A DNA stretch of 64,000 nucleotides. It comes from Vicinamibacteria bacterium. Its GTDB lineage: Bacteria > Acidobacteriota > Vicinamibacteria > Marinacidobacterales > Marinacidobacteraceae. Position numbers and translations under genes: made by a program. This document shows positions 10,591 to 23,254 of this stretch, one piece after another. The DNA is taken from contig OZ220713.1 of the NCBI GenBank assembly GCA_965116805.1, positions 532,942-596,941 on the forward strand. Reading direction: 5' to 3'. The notes under the pieces are model-generated. The model searched no databases. It saw nothing but the letters and a program-made list of their open reading frames with translations, and had not been told where the DNA came from. Within the stretch, counting starts at the first letter, position 1. Each line of letters starts with the position of its first letter.

Positions 10591-12098
10591 TACAGCCGTT
10601 CCCGGTGCGCTTCGGCGACGCCGGCGAGCCGCCAGCGGGACGGGGGCGCGCCGGACGCGTTCGCGCCCTCGCGCCGCCACAGCTCGGCGGCCGCCGCCGC
10701 GAGCGCCAGGGGCGCGAGTTCGGCCCGCGCCGCGGATTCCCCGTCCCCGCCGTTCCGGCTGAGGGCGGACCAGTGCCCGGCGACGAACGAGGTGTCGAAC
10801 TCCCCGCTGCGGAAGGGGGCGCTGGACAGCACCCGCTCGAAGAAGGGAAGGGTCGAGGCCACGCCCACGAGCCGGGTTTCCCGGACGGCTCGAATCGCCC
10901 GCTTCCGGGCCGTCTCCCGGTCGGGCCCGGAAACGATGATCTTGGCGAGCAGGGGGTCGTAGTGCGGCGACACCACGCTGCCCGAAACGATCCCCGCGTC
11001 GCAGCGGACTCCCGGACCCGCGGGGGGGCGGAACTCCCGGATGCGGCCGGTGGCCGGGACGAAGCCGGCGAACGGGTCCTCCGCGGTGATCCGGAGCTCG
11101 ATCGCCGCGCCGCGGAGCGAGACCCCGGACTGCGCGAAACCGAGCGGCTCGCCGGCGGCGACCCGCAACTGGAGCGCGACGAGGTCCCTTCCCGAGATCA
11201 GTTCGGTCACCGGATGCTCGACCTGGAGCCGCGCGTTCATTTCGAGGAAGTAGAAGCGCCCTTCCGGATCGAGCAGGAACTCGACGGTCCCGGCGTTCCG
11301 GTAACCGGCGCCGCGCGCCAGACGCACGGCCGCTTCCCCCATCCCGGCCCGCAGTTCCGGAGAGATCGCCGGCGAGGGGCTCTCTTCGAGCAGTTTCTGG
11401 TTCCGGCGCTGGATCGAACAGTCACGCTCGCCCAGGTGAACGACGGAACCGAAGTCGTCGCCGAACACCTGGATCTCCACGTGGCGCGGGTTCTCCACGA
11501 AGCGCTCGAGGAACACCCGGGCGTCTCCGAAGGCCGCCTCCGCCTCGGACTGCGCTTCCCGCAGGGAGTCGGAGAAGTCCGACGGGTCCCGCACGAGCCG
11601 CATTCCCATGCCCCCGCCCCCGGCGGCGGCCTTGATGAGCAGCGGGAACCCGATCTCCGCGGCGGCGCGCTCCGCGTCCCGCCCCGCCACGATGTCCGAG
11701 CCCGGGACGACCGGAACCCCGGCCCTGACCGCCGCCTCCCGGGCCGCGGCCTTGTCCCCCATCCGGCGCATCGCCTCGGGAGGCGGTCCCACGAAGACGA
11801 GGCCGCGCTCGGCGCAGCGCGCGGCGAAGTCACCGTTCTCCGCCAGGAACCCGTAACCCGGGTGCAGGGCCTCGGCCTCCATGACCCGCGCCGCCTCGAT
11901 GACCCGCTCGCCGTTCAGGTAGCTGTCGCGCGAGGCCGCTCCCCCCACCTCGAAGGACTCGTCGGCCAGCCGCACGTGCAGGCTGTCCCGGTCGGCCTCG
12001 GAGTGCACCGTCACCGGGGAAACGCCGAGGTCGCGGCAGGCCCGGATGATCCGGACCGCGATCTCACCCCGGTTGGCTACGAGGACGCGGCGGAACAT
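10590..12098 (-). CDS. accC: Acetyl/propionyl-CoA carboxylase, biotin carboxylase subunit
   Basis: VLVANRGEIA, HPGYGFLAEN, ERDCSIQRRNQK, FLEMNARLQVEHPVTE. Confidence 0.93.
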   Translation of the reverse strand: MFRRVLVANRGEIAVRIIRACRDLGVSPVTVHSEADRDSLHVRLADESFEVGGAASRDSYLNGERVIEAARVMEAEALHPGYGFLAENGDFAARCAERGLVFVGPPPEAMRRMGDKAAAREAAVRAGVPVVPGSDIVAGRDAERAAAEIGFPLLIKAAAGGGGMGMRLVRDPSDFSDSLREAQSEAEAAFGDARVFLERFVENPRHVEIQVFGDDFGSVVHLGERDCSIQRRNQKLLEESPSPAISPELRAGMGEAAVRLARGAGYRNAGTVEFLLDPEGRFYFLEMNARLQVEHPVTELISGRDLVALQLRVAAGEPLGFAQSGVSLRGAAIELRITAEDPFAGFVPATGRIREFRPPAGPGVRCDAGIVSGSVVSPHYDPLLAKIIVSGPDRETARKRAIRAVRETRLVGVASTLPFFERVLSSAPFRSGEFDTSFVAGHWSALSRNGGDGESAARAELAPLALAAAAAELWRREGANASGAPPSRWRLAGVAEAHRERL

Positions 12099-12119
12099 CA
12101 GGCTGTCGGCGTCCCGCCC

Positions 12120-13685
<1,566 letters not shown>

Positions 13686-13698
13686 CCGATCCGGAGGA

Positions 13699-14346
13699 TC
13701 AGGTGACCCTCGCTGCCTCCCAGTCCTTCAGGAAACGCTCGAGGCCGATGTCCGTCAACGGGTGCCTGATGAGCAGGTCCAGCACCTTGGCGGGCATGGT
13801 GGCGATGTCGGCGCCCAGCCGCGCCGCCTCCACGACGTGAAGGGGGTTCCGGATGCTGGCGACCAGGATCTGGGTGGCGAAGCCGTAGTTGTCGTAGACC
13901 TCCCGGATGTCCGCGATCAACTGCATGCCGGGAGCGGAGATGTCGTCGAGCCGGCCGACGAAGGGGCTCACGATGTAGGCGCCCGCCTTGGCGGCGAAGA
14001 GCGCCTGCGGAACGCTGAAGCAGAGGGTCACGTTGACGCGGATCCCCTCCTCCTTCAGCTCGCGGACCGCGCGCAGGCCGTCGGGCGTCAGCGGGCACTT
14101 GATGATGACGTTCGGGGCGATGGTCGCGAGCTCCCGGCCTTCGGCCACCATCCCGGCGGTGTCGGTCGAGAGGACCTCCGCCGAGACGTCGCCGGGAACC
14201 AGCGCCGCGATGCGGGTCAGGATCTCCCGGGGATCTCCCGTCTCCTTCGCCATGAGCGACGGATTCGTCGTGACGCCGTCCACGAGCCCCATCGCGGCGG
14301 CCCGGGAAATCTCGTCAACGTTCGCGGTGTCAAGAAAGATCTGCAT
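13699..14346 (-). CDS. tal: Transaldolase (small TalC/FSA type)
   Basis: [21 protein letters not shown] and SPFVGRLDD (Glu/Phe pattern typical of transaldolase rather than FSA). Confidence 0.92.
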   Translation of the reverse strand: MQIFLDTANVDEISRAAAMGLVDGVTTNPSLMAKETGDPREILTRIAALVPGDVSAEVLSTDTAGMVAEGRELATIAPNVIIKCPLTPDGLRAVRELKEEGIRVNVTLCFSVPQALFAAKAGAYIVSPFVGRLDDISAPGMQLIADIREVYDNYGFATQILVASIRNPLHVVEAARLGADIATMPAKVLDLLIRHPLTDIGLERFLKDWEAARVT

Positions 14347-14520
14347 GCGCGCCCGGCACCTCGTCAATCCGGAGTTCGGCCCGGAGTCCAAGTCCCCACA
14401 CCCCGACGCAATTCTACCGGTTGGCGGCCCGACTGACGCGGCGTTCCGCCCGTCACGCCAACCGCGGAAACGGCTGCCATCACGGCGGCTGGGCGACCCG
14501 CCGGGGTGCGCCGCGGCCGC

Positions 14521-16434
14521 TCACCGCGGATTCGCGGTGCGGGGGTCGGAGGGCAGGCTCTCGTTCGGCGGGTCGGCGCCGTCCACCGCCGTGACGGCGT
14601 AGCGGTAGGCGCCCCGCGGATCGCGCGCCGCGTCCGTGTAGCTCGTCTGCTCGACGAGCGACTCGGTCAGCCGCTCGAAGCCGGTTCCGTCCGGGCCGGA
14701 ACGGTAGACGTGGTACCCGGCGACGTCGGTGGACGCCGAGTCCCTCCAACTGAGTTCGGTCGCCTCGCTTCGCCAGAAGAGCCGGAGGTCCGAAGGCGGG
14801 ACCGGCGGGAAGACGTCCACCGGGGTAACGCATTCCTCGGCGGACATCGGTCCGACGCTCAGCGCCCCGGTCCCGGCGCCCGGGACCCGGATCGGGATCG
14901 GGGTCCACGGGTCTTCCTCCGCTTCGGGCTCGTCCGGCACCGGCGCTGCTTCCGCCTCGGGATCCTCGGGCTCCGCATCGGGTGTCTCAGGGGCGCCTGC
15001 CTCAACGGTTTCGTCCGGAGCCGGCGTTTCCGCGGCGTCCGGGTCCGGAGCCGTAGGCTCGCCGGCGCTCTCCTCCCCCTCGGGGGTGGCCGGCGCGACG
15101 GGCCCGGGGTCGGGGAGCACCCTTTCCTCCGCGGCCCCCGCCACGACCAGCCGCGCGCCGTAGCAGACCTCTTCCCCCCAGACCACGTCGGCGTCCGTCT
15201 GGCTCGGGCCAAAGGACCGTCCCAGCCGTTCGGACTCCTCTCCGCGCCTCCGGAAGACCTCGAACACGGGGTCCGCCACGGGCGCCTCCCCCAGGGCGCC
15301 GCGAGGATCCTGCCAGCGGATGGTCAGCTCCCGCGGCCCGACCTCGACCACAACGCCCTCGACCGCCGGAAGCGGGCCGGTGACGTCGAGGGACTGGAGT
15401 TCGCTCTCCTCGCTCGCCCCGCCGCGCGCCTCGTAGCGAACGGTGACCTCCAGGCGGCGGCCGATCCAGTCAGGTTCCACCGGCAGCTCGAGGACCCGTT
15501 CCTCGCCGGGCACTTCCGACTCGATCTCGGAGAGCACTTCGAACTCGAGCTCCTCGTAGTCGAGGAGGGTTCCCTCGGGTTCCGGTTCGGGTTCCGGCTC
15601 AACCTCCGCCTCGGGCTCCGGCTCGGCCTCCGGCTCCGGCTCCGGGGCCTGTTCCGGAGTCTCACCACCCGCCTCCTCCGGGACCGGCTCTTCGGCGCCC
15701 GCCGCTTCCTGGGTCTCGCCGGGCTCCGTTTCCGCTACCGCCTCCGGCGCGGCGTCCGCCTCCTGTCCGGGCTCGGGCGCGGTTTCCGCCTCCTGCTCCG
15801 GCGCGGTTTCCGCCTCCTGCTCCGGCGCGGTTTCCGCCTCCTGCTCCGGGTCCGTTTCCGCCTCCTCGGGGGGAGGCTCGCCAGCGGGGGGCTGCTCTTC
15901 CGCCGCTACGGGCGGCTGATCGGGTTCGGGCGCCGCGCCCGGCGGTGCGTCCTCGGGCAGCGGGTCGCCCGTCTCCGGGGGCACGGCATCCGGCGCGGGC
16001 GTTTCTTCCCCGGGGCCGGCCGCTACGGTTTCGAGCTCCGCCGTATCCGTCGCGGATCCCTCATCCGTCCCGGCGCCCTCCGGTTCCGGGACTTCGGCCG
16101 CGTCCTCGTCTCCGGAAGGGGTGTCCTCGGGTTCCTCTTCGACCTCTTCCTCCGGGGGCCGGCGCTGGGCGGCGCGCTCCTCCGCGGCGAGGGCGTGGAG
16201 GTCCACGATCCGGTAGGACACGATCGCCTTCCGCAGCCGCAGGTCCGCGGGGTCCCCCCCGGAGTCCAGCCGGGGCGCGTACCAGCGCACCACGACCGCG
16301 CCGTTCTCCTGCCGGAGCGGCAGGACCCGAGGCGTCTCCGGGTCCACCTGAAGCGGCGCGAGCGGCGGACCCCGGCGGCCGCAGCCGCCGGCGGCGGCGA
16401 TCAGGACGAAGGCGAGCGCGGCGAGCGTCTTCAT
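14521..16434 (-). CDS. Lipoprotein with fibronectin type III-like domains and a long acidic Glu/Pro-rich insert
   Basis: Lipobox AGGC followed by GRRGPPLAP; C-terminal DVFPPVPP...VAGYHVYRS...YAVTAVD...NES; EQEAETAP tandem repeats. Confidence 0.8.
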   Translation of the reverse strand: MKTLAALAFVLIAAAGGCGRRGPPLAPLQVDPETPRVLPLRQENGAVVVRWYAPRLDSGGDPADLRLRKAIVSYRIVDLHALAAEERAAQRRPPEEEVEEEPEDTPSGDEDAAEVPEPEGAGTDEGSATDTAELETVAAGPGEETPAPDAVPPETGDPLPEDAPPGAAPEPDQPPVAAEEQPPAGEPPPEEAETDPEQEAETAPEQEAETAPEQEAETAPEPGQEADAAPEAVAETEPGETQEAAGAEEPVPEEAGGETPEQAPEPEPEAEPEPEAEVEPEPEPEPEGTLLDYEELEFEVLSEIESEVPGEERVLELPVEPDWIGRRLEVTVRYEARGGASEESELQSLDVTGPLPAVEGVVVEVGPRELTIRWQDPRGALGEAPVADPVFEVFRRRGEESERLGRSFGPSQTDADVVWGEEVCYGARLVVAGAAEERVLPDPGPVAPATPEGEESAGEPTAPDPDAAETPAPDETVEAGAPETPDAEPEDPEAEAAPVPDEPEAEEDPWTPIPIRVPGAGTGALSVGPMSAEECVTPVDVFPPVPPSDLRLFWRSEATELSWRDSASTDVAGYHVYRSGPDGTGFERLTESLVEQTSYTDAARDPRGAYRYAVTAVDGADPPNESLPSDPRTANPR

Positions 16435-16468
16435 CGAGCCCCGGCAGCCGGCGGGAATCGGCAGCCCG

Positions 16469-17887
<1,419 letters not shown>

Positions 17888-17911
17888 GGGGGGGAGATAT
17901 TCGACCAGAAG

Positions 17912-18448
17912 TCACACCTCTTCGTAGATCACCTGACCGTTCGTGTAGATGCAGATGCCGCCGGTGACGCGCATCGCCTCCTCGGCGATCTCCCGGGCCG
18001 TGAGTTCGGTGCGGGAGGCGAGGGCGCGCGCCGCCGCCAGCGCGAAGGGCGCGCCCGCGCCGATCGCCATGATGCCGTCGTCGGGCTGCATGAGGTCGCC
18101 GTCGCCCGAAAGCAGGAAGACGTGGTGCTTGTCGGCGACGAGGAGCAGGGCGTCCAGATGGCGGAGCACCCGGTCGGTGCGCCAGTCCTGGGCGAGCTCG
18201 ACGCACGCGCGTTCGAGGTTCCCCCGGTGGGCTTCGAGCTTGGTCTCGAACTTCGCGAACAGCGCCTGGGCATCCGCGGTGGCGCCGGCGAAACCGGCGA
18301 GGATCGCTCCGTCGCTCATGCGGCGCAGCTTGCGCGCCCCGTGCTTCACCACGATGTCGCCCAGGGTGACCTGCCCGTCGGCGGCCAGGGTCGTGCTCCC
18401 GCCGCGGCGGACAGCCAGCACGGTCGTGGAGTGGAACGGGGAGGGCAC
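17912..18448 (-). CDS. hslV: ATP-dependent protease peptidase subunit HslV
   Basis: FHSTTVLAVRR, ADGQVTLG, AGFAGATADA, ELAQDWRTDR, ICIYTN. Confidence 0.96.
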   Translation of the reverse strand: MPSPFHSTTVLAVRRGGSTTLAADGQVTLGDIVVKHGARKLRRMSDGAILAGFAGATADAQALFAKFETKLEAHRGNLERACVELAQDWRTDRVLRHLDALLLVADKHHVFLLSGDGDLMQPDDGIMAIGAGAPFALAAARALASRTELTAREIAEEAMRVTGGICIYTNGQVIYEEV

Positions 18449-18647
18449 GGAACTGCTGCGGAGCCCCCGCGGACCTGGACCATCGCAATGCCGCGCGCGC
18501 ACCCCGCCGATACCCGGGCGCCGCATGCGGTTTTCCACACGGGGCAGTCAGGCAGTATAGCCGGGGCCCAATTGGCTGTAATGGGCGGATGACAGGCCGC
18601 CGAGCGGCCCTTCGCAGGGGGTCACCGCGCGCCGTTACCCTTGGCCG

Positions 18648-19055
18648 ATGAGGTTGCTCCTTGGCGTCGTCGTGGTCAGCGGCATCTACGACGTGCTCCT
18701 GGGCGGCGCGCTGCTCTTCGCCCTCGACGAAGTCCGGCAGTTGTTCGGCACCGAGCCGCCCCGCTTCCCGATCCACGCGAACCTGAACGGACTCTTCGCC
18801 CTCGCGGTCGGCCTCGGGTACTTCGCGATCCTGAGGAACCTGGAAGCGAACCGCTGGTACATCTGGATCATGGGACCGGTGCTCAAGGGCGGCGGGGCCC
18901 TGCTCTTCGTGCTGGACTTCCTGCTCAGGGACTCCCCTCCCCTGTTCCTGGCGTTCGCCGCTTCGGACGGTGTGCTGGCCGCCGTGACGGCGGTCGCGCT
19001 GGTCCGCACGACCGCGCGGGACCGCGGCGGCACCGGGACGGCCGCTTCGCTGTAA
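18648..19055 (+). CDS. Small integral membrane protein (about 4 TM helices)
   Basis: Four hydrophobic segments; GC3-rich codons. Confidence 0.75.
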   Translation: MRLLLGVVVVSGIYDVLLGGALLFALDEVRQLFGTEPPRFPIHANLNGLFALAVGLGYFAILRNLEANRWYIWIMGPVLKGGGALLFVLDFLLRDSPPLFLAFAASDGVLAAVTAVALVRTTARDRGGTGTAASL

Positions 19056-19140
19056 TTTGGCGTAACGTATTCAAAACAGGCGTCGAAGAGGGGGTCCGGA
19101 GACGGTTTCGAAGCAATAGACTCCCCTGCTTTCGCTGCGC

Positions 19141-19842
19141 ATGGACTCCTGGGAGCTGTTTCGCCGTCTGGTGGCGGCGCGTTCGGACGACCCGCTGTGG
19201 ACGGTTCTGTTCCGGCGCTGCCGGACCCTCATCGGGGTGGTCGTGCACGCGCGCTTCGCGGGCCGCCGGCGCATGGATCGCGGCGCCGTGGACGACCTGT
19301 CGCAGGACGTCATGGAGCGGCTCGTCTCCGACGGGCGCCGGGTGATCCGCAGCTTCGCCGGGAAGCGGGAGGAGACGTTCGAGGTCTTCATCCGCCGGAT
19401 TGCCGAGAACATCGTTCGGGACCAGTTCCGGCGCGACGGCTACCGGCGACACGTCGAGCAGTCCTTTTCGGCCGATGAGGCGTGGCGGCTCGAAGCGGCG
19501 CTGGCCGAAAGCCCGATCGAAGACGTCGGTGACGATCCGGAGGCCGCCGTCCGGATGCGGGAGATGAACGAGTGCGTCGAGTCGATCCTGCGGCGGATCT
19601 CCCTGGACGAACGCCAGCAGGCCCTGAACCGGCTCCTGTTCCAGCTCTACTTCCGGGACCGCTGCAGCATTCCGCAGATCGCGCGCCTGCGGGCGGTGCC
19701 GCTCAGCGCTTCCTCGGTGGGCCGCCGCATCACGCTGATCAAACGGGCGCTCCGTACCTCGCTCGCCGGGCGCCGCCACCGAACGGAAATGCGGCCCGCG
19801 GCGCCGCACCCGCGGCGAGCGGCGAGGAAAGGTCCCGGCTAG
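19141..19842 (+). CDS. ECF-type sigma-70 family factor (divergent)
   Basis: Region 2-like VDDLSQDVMERL...FEVFIRRIAENIVRDQFRR; region 4-like LFQLYFRDRCSIPQIA HTH. Confidence 0.75.
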   Translation: MDSWELFRRLVAARSDDPLWTVLFRRCRTLIGVVVHARFAGRRRMDRGAVDDLSQDVMERLVSDGRRVIRSFAGKREETFEVFIRRIAENIVRDQFRRDGYRRHVEQSFSADEAWRLEAALAESPIEDVGDDPEAAVRMREMNECVESILRRISLDERQQALNRLLFQLYFRDRCSIPQIARLRAVPLSASSVGRRITLIKRALRTSLAGRRHRTEMRPAAPHPRRAARKGPG

Positions 19843-21230
19843 TCCGCCTTCCTCCGCCCGCTCGCGGCGCTCACGGGGCCCGGCACGCCGGCCGTCAGTC
19901 CCACCATGAGGTCCATGACGTTCGTGCCGGTGGGGCCGGTCACCAGCAGGTCACCCGTTGCCCGGAAGAGAGACCAGGAATCGTTGTTCCGGAGCGCCGC
20001 CTCCGGATCGAGGCCTCGCTGCCGCGCCCGGCGCCACGACGCTCCGTCCGCGAAGGCCCCGGCCGCGTCCGTGGGGCCGTCGGTGCCGTCGGTCCCGGCG
20101 GCGAGCAGCGCGGCTCCGGAAACGCCCTCCAACTGCCGCGCCGCCACCAGCGCGAACTCCTGGCTCCGTCCCCCGCGGCCGTCTCCGGTCACCTCGAGCG
20201 TCAGCTCCCCGCCCGCGAGCAGCGCGGCCGGCGCCGGCTCCCCGCCAAGGACGGCCAGCCGGCCCGCGAACCGGCGGGCGGTCTCGTGGACCCCGCCCGC
20301 GAGGTCCCGGCCGAAGACCTCGGTGCGGTAGCCGAGCCGGGACGCTTCCTCCCCGGCCGCCCGGAGGGAGTGGAAGTTGCTGGCCACGATGTGGTGGGGA
20401 ACGGTCTCGCCGGGCGCGTCGGGCGTCTCCGCGACCGCCCCGGCGACCCCGTCGCGGAAGCGCCCGAGCACCGCTTCCGGGACCCTTCCCGCCAGGCCGA
20501 ACTTCTCGAGCACGCCCAGCGCCTCGGCGAACGTCGTGGGATCCCCCGTGGCCGGCCCGGAACCGATGGAGGTCAACTGGTCGCCGATCACGTCGGAGAT
20601 CACGAGCGCGGCGGCCCGCCCCGGCGGCAGCAGGGGGATCAGGCCGCCGCCCTTGACGGCGGAGAGGTGCTTGCGGACGGTGTTGATCTCGTGGATGTCG
20701 GCGCCGCAGGCGAGCAGCAGCGAGCTGACCCGCGACTTGTCCTCCAGGGTGATGCCCGCCGCCGGAGCCACCAGCAGCGCCGACGCCCCCCCGGTCAGCA
20801 CCACCAGGACCCGGCCGCTCGCGCCGCTCGCCCGGAGGTCTGCGAGCAGCCGCTGCGTCGCCTCGACCGAGTGGGCGTCCGGTACGGGATGCCCCGCCTC
20901 CTCGACCACCACCCCGGGCACCTCGAGCCGGTGTCCGTGCTTCACGATGATCCTCCCGCGCACGGCCTCCCCGGCAAGGGCGCGCCGGACCCCCCGGGCG
21001 AGCGCGGCGGCCGCCTTGCCGGCGCCGAACAGGAAGACCGGTTTCCCCCGCGTGCGGGCGGGAGGCAGCAGCGGACGGCCCCGGAAGGTCCATCCGGACG
21101 CCGCGTCGCCCCTGAGATCCCGCTCCAGGATCCGCTCCGGATCGGCCGCCCGCAGCGCCGCGCGGTGAATGGCCAGGAGGTCCGCGCGAAGCCGGCCGGA
21201 CCCCGGCGGCAGACCGCGCGAAGCGTCCAT
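19839..21230 (-). CDS. Glycerate kinase type 2 (DUF4147/MOFRL family)
   Basis: GAGKAA, AGHPVPD, TGGASAL, INTVRKHLSAVKGG, GTDGTDGPTDAAGA, TGPTGTNVMD. Confidence 0.93.
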   Translation of the reverse strand: MDASRGLPPGSGRLRADLLAIHRAALRAADPERILERDLRGDAASGWTFRGRPLLPPARTRGKPVFLFGAGKAAAALARGVRRALAGEAVRGRIIVKHGHRLEVPGVVVEEAGHPVPDAHSVEATQRLLADLRASGASGRVLVVLTGGASALLVAPAAGITLEDKSRVSSLLLACGADIHEINTVRKHLSAVKGGGLIPLLPPGRAAALVISDVIGDQLTSIGSGPATGDPTTFAEALGVLEKFGLAGRVPEAVLGRFRDGVAGAVAETPDAPGETVPHHIVASNFHSLRAAGEEASRLGYRTEVFGRDLAGGVHETARRFAGRLAVLGGEPAPAALLAGGELTLEVTGDGRGGRSQEFALVAARQLEGVSGAALLAAGTDGTDGPTDAAGAFADGASWRRARQRGLDPEAALRNNDSWSLFRATGDLLVTGPTGTNVMDLMVGLTAGVPGPVSAASGRRKAD

Positions 21231-21647
21231 TTTTCCCGGGGTCAGCGGGCCCGAAACGCCGCCGGGACCGGTGGCCGGACTGCTAGCAGCCGGTGGTGGA
21301 ACTGGCGTGAGCACCGAGAACGGCGAGGCGCCCGGCTGACAAGGCGCGTGAGGGAGGAATACCGGGTGTATCCCGACCGAAACGCAACGATGAGGGTCGC
21401 GGAGCGGCCCGGTTCAGCCGGGATGCATCGCCGTTCGAATGCCGCGCGAGTTCCACTACCGGTTGCTAGGGTTCCCCGATGAACGGGCCGGCGGATCCGG
21501 GCGGACCGAACCCGAAGCGCTGGCACTTCGTAGTGGCTCTTGCGCCCATCGTCCTGGCGGCGCTCGCCCTCGGCGGACTCCTCCTGTTTCACTGCGGAGG
21601 GAACTGAGGGAGCGGCGGGCAGGCCGGGGTTCGCGAAAGGAGAGAAC

Positions 21648-22649
21648 ATGTCAACCAGCCAATGGTACGTAGCCGAGGGAGGCCGGACGCTCGGTCCCTT
21701 CTCCACGGCCGACGTCCGGCAGTCGCTCCAGACCGGCCGCTGGACCGCGGCCACCCTGGTGTGCCCGCTCGGAGAAAGCTCCTGGACGCCGGCCTCCGAC
21801 GTCCCGGAGCTGCGGACCGGCATCGGGAACGGCGCGGCGCCGCCGCGTCCGCCGGCGCCGCGCCGGATGCACGAGGTGGACTACCGGATCTTCGGCGAGG
21901 AGATGCAGTTCGTGGAGGTCGAGCTCGATCCCGGCGAGGGGGCCGTGGCCGAGGCGGGAGCCATGATGTTCATGAGCTCCGGCATCGAGATGCAGACGAT
22001 CTTCGGCGACGGGAACCAGACCGGTTTCATGGACAAGATGCTGGGCGCCGGCAAGCGGCTGCTCACCGGCGAGAGCCTGTTCATGACCGAGTTCGTGAAC
22101 CGCGGCGGCGGCAAGCAGCACGTGGCGTTCGCCTCGCCCTATCCGGGCAAGATCCTGCCGGTGCAGCTGGACGAACTGGGCGGCCGGCTCGTCGCCCAGA
22201 AGGACGCGTTCCTCTGCGGGGCCAAGGGCGTCTCGATCGGCATCGCGTTCCAGCGCAAGATCGGGACGGCGCTGTTCGGCGGCGAGGGCTTCATCATGCA
22301 GTCGCTCGAGGGCGACGGGCTGGCCTTCCTCCACGCCGGCGGCACGGTCGTGAAGCGCGAGCTGGCCGCCGGCGAGAACCTGCGCGTGGACACCGGCTGT
22401 CTCGTCGCGCTCGCCCCCTCGGTCAACTACGACATCCAGTTCGTGGGCGGCGTCAAGTCGGCCATCTTCGGTGGCGAGGGTTTCTTCTTCGCGAGCCTCA
22501 CCGGCCCCGGATGGGTCTGGCTGCAGTCGCTGCCGTTCAGCCGCCTCGCGGGCCGGATCCACCAGGCCGCACCGCAGACGGGCGGCGGCGGCAAGGGCGA
22601 GGGATCCCTGCTCGGCCGCCTGTCGGGAGTCGGTTGGGACGGCAGTTGA
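21648..22649 (+). CDS. TIGR00266/AIM24 family protein with N-terminal GYF_2-like domain
   Basis: WYVAEGGRTLGPFS...W N-domain; HEVDYRIFGEEMQFVEVELDPGE...LQSLPFSRLAGRI; RBS AGGAG. Confidence 0.88.
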   Translation: MSTSQWYVAEGGRTLGPFSTADVRQSLQTGRWTAATLVCPLGESSWTPASDVPELRTGIGNGAAPPRPPAPRRMHEVDYRIFGEEMQFVEVELDPGEGAVAEAGAMMFMSSGIEMQTIFGDGNQTGFMDKMLGAGKRLLTGESLFMTEFVNRGGGKQHVAFASPYPGKILPVQLDELGGRLVAQKDAFLCGAKGVSIGIAFQRKIGTALFGGEGFIMQSLEGDGLAFLHAGGTVVKRELAAGENLRVDTGCLVALAPSVNYDIQFVGGVKSAIFGGEGFFFASLTGPGWVWLQSLPFSRLAGRIHQAAPQTGGGGKGEGSLLGRLSGVGWDGS

Positions 22650-23236
22650 CGGAAGACGGCATCTCCCCGGAGGCGCGGGGGTTCCTGCAGGCCTTCTCGT
22701 GGGACGGCTGGACCCCGGAGGAACGGGCCACCCTGCTCTTCGTCGTCCGGGACGGACGGATCCTGCTGATCGAGAAGCACCGGGGACTGGGACAGGGGAA
22801 GATCAACGGACCCGGCGGACGGCTGGAGCCCGGCGAGACGCCCCGCGCCGCGGCGGTCCGCGAGGCGGAGGAGGAGATCCGGATCCGCCCCACCGGGATT
22901 CGCCCGGCCGGGGAACTGCGCTTCCAGTTCGTGGACGGCTACTCGATCCACGTCTACGTGTTCCGCGCCGACGGTTTCGCCGGCGAGCCCGAGTCCACCG
23001 TCGAGGCGACGCCGCTCTGGGCGGACCTCGACTCCATTCCCTACGAGCGCATGTGGGAGGACGACGCCGTCTGGCTCCCGCTCCTCCTGCGGGAGCAGCC
23101 GTTCGCGGGCCGGTTCGTCTTCGACGGCGAGCTGATGCTCACGAACGAGGTGGACCTGCTCGCGATCCCGGCGTTCGCTCCCGGGGAACCACCGGCCGCC
23201 CGCGAAGGCGAGGTGTTCGCGGGCGGCCGGCCCTGA
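22646..23236 (+). CDS. NUDIX hydrolase, 8-oxo-dGTP diphosphatase (MTH1-like)
   Basis: GKINGPGGRLEPGETPRAAAVREAEEE Nudix box; IPYERMWEDD; TTG start overlaps the upstream stop. Confidence 0.88.
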   Translation: MTEDGISPEARGFLQAFSWDGWTPEERATLLFVVRDGRILLIEKHRGLGQGKINGPGGRLEPGETPRAAAVREAEEEIRIRPTGIRPAGELRFQFVDGYSIHVYVFRADGFAGEPESTVEATPLWADLDSIPYERMWEDDAVWLPLLLREQPFAGRFVFDGELMLTNEVDLLAIPAFAPGEPPAAREGEVFAGGRP

Positions 23237-23254
23237 GCGCGCCGGGGGAAGCCG

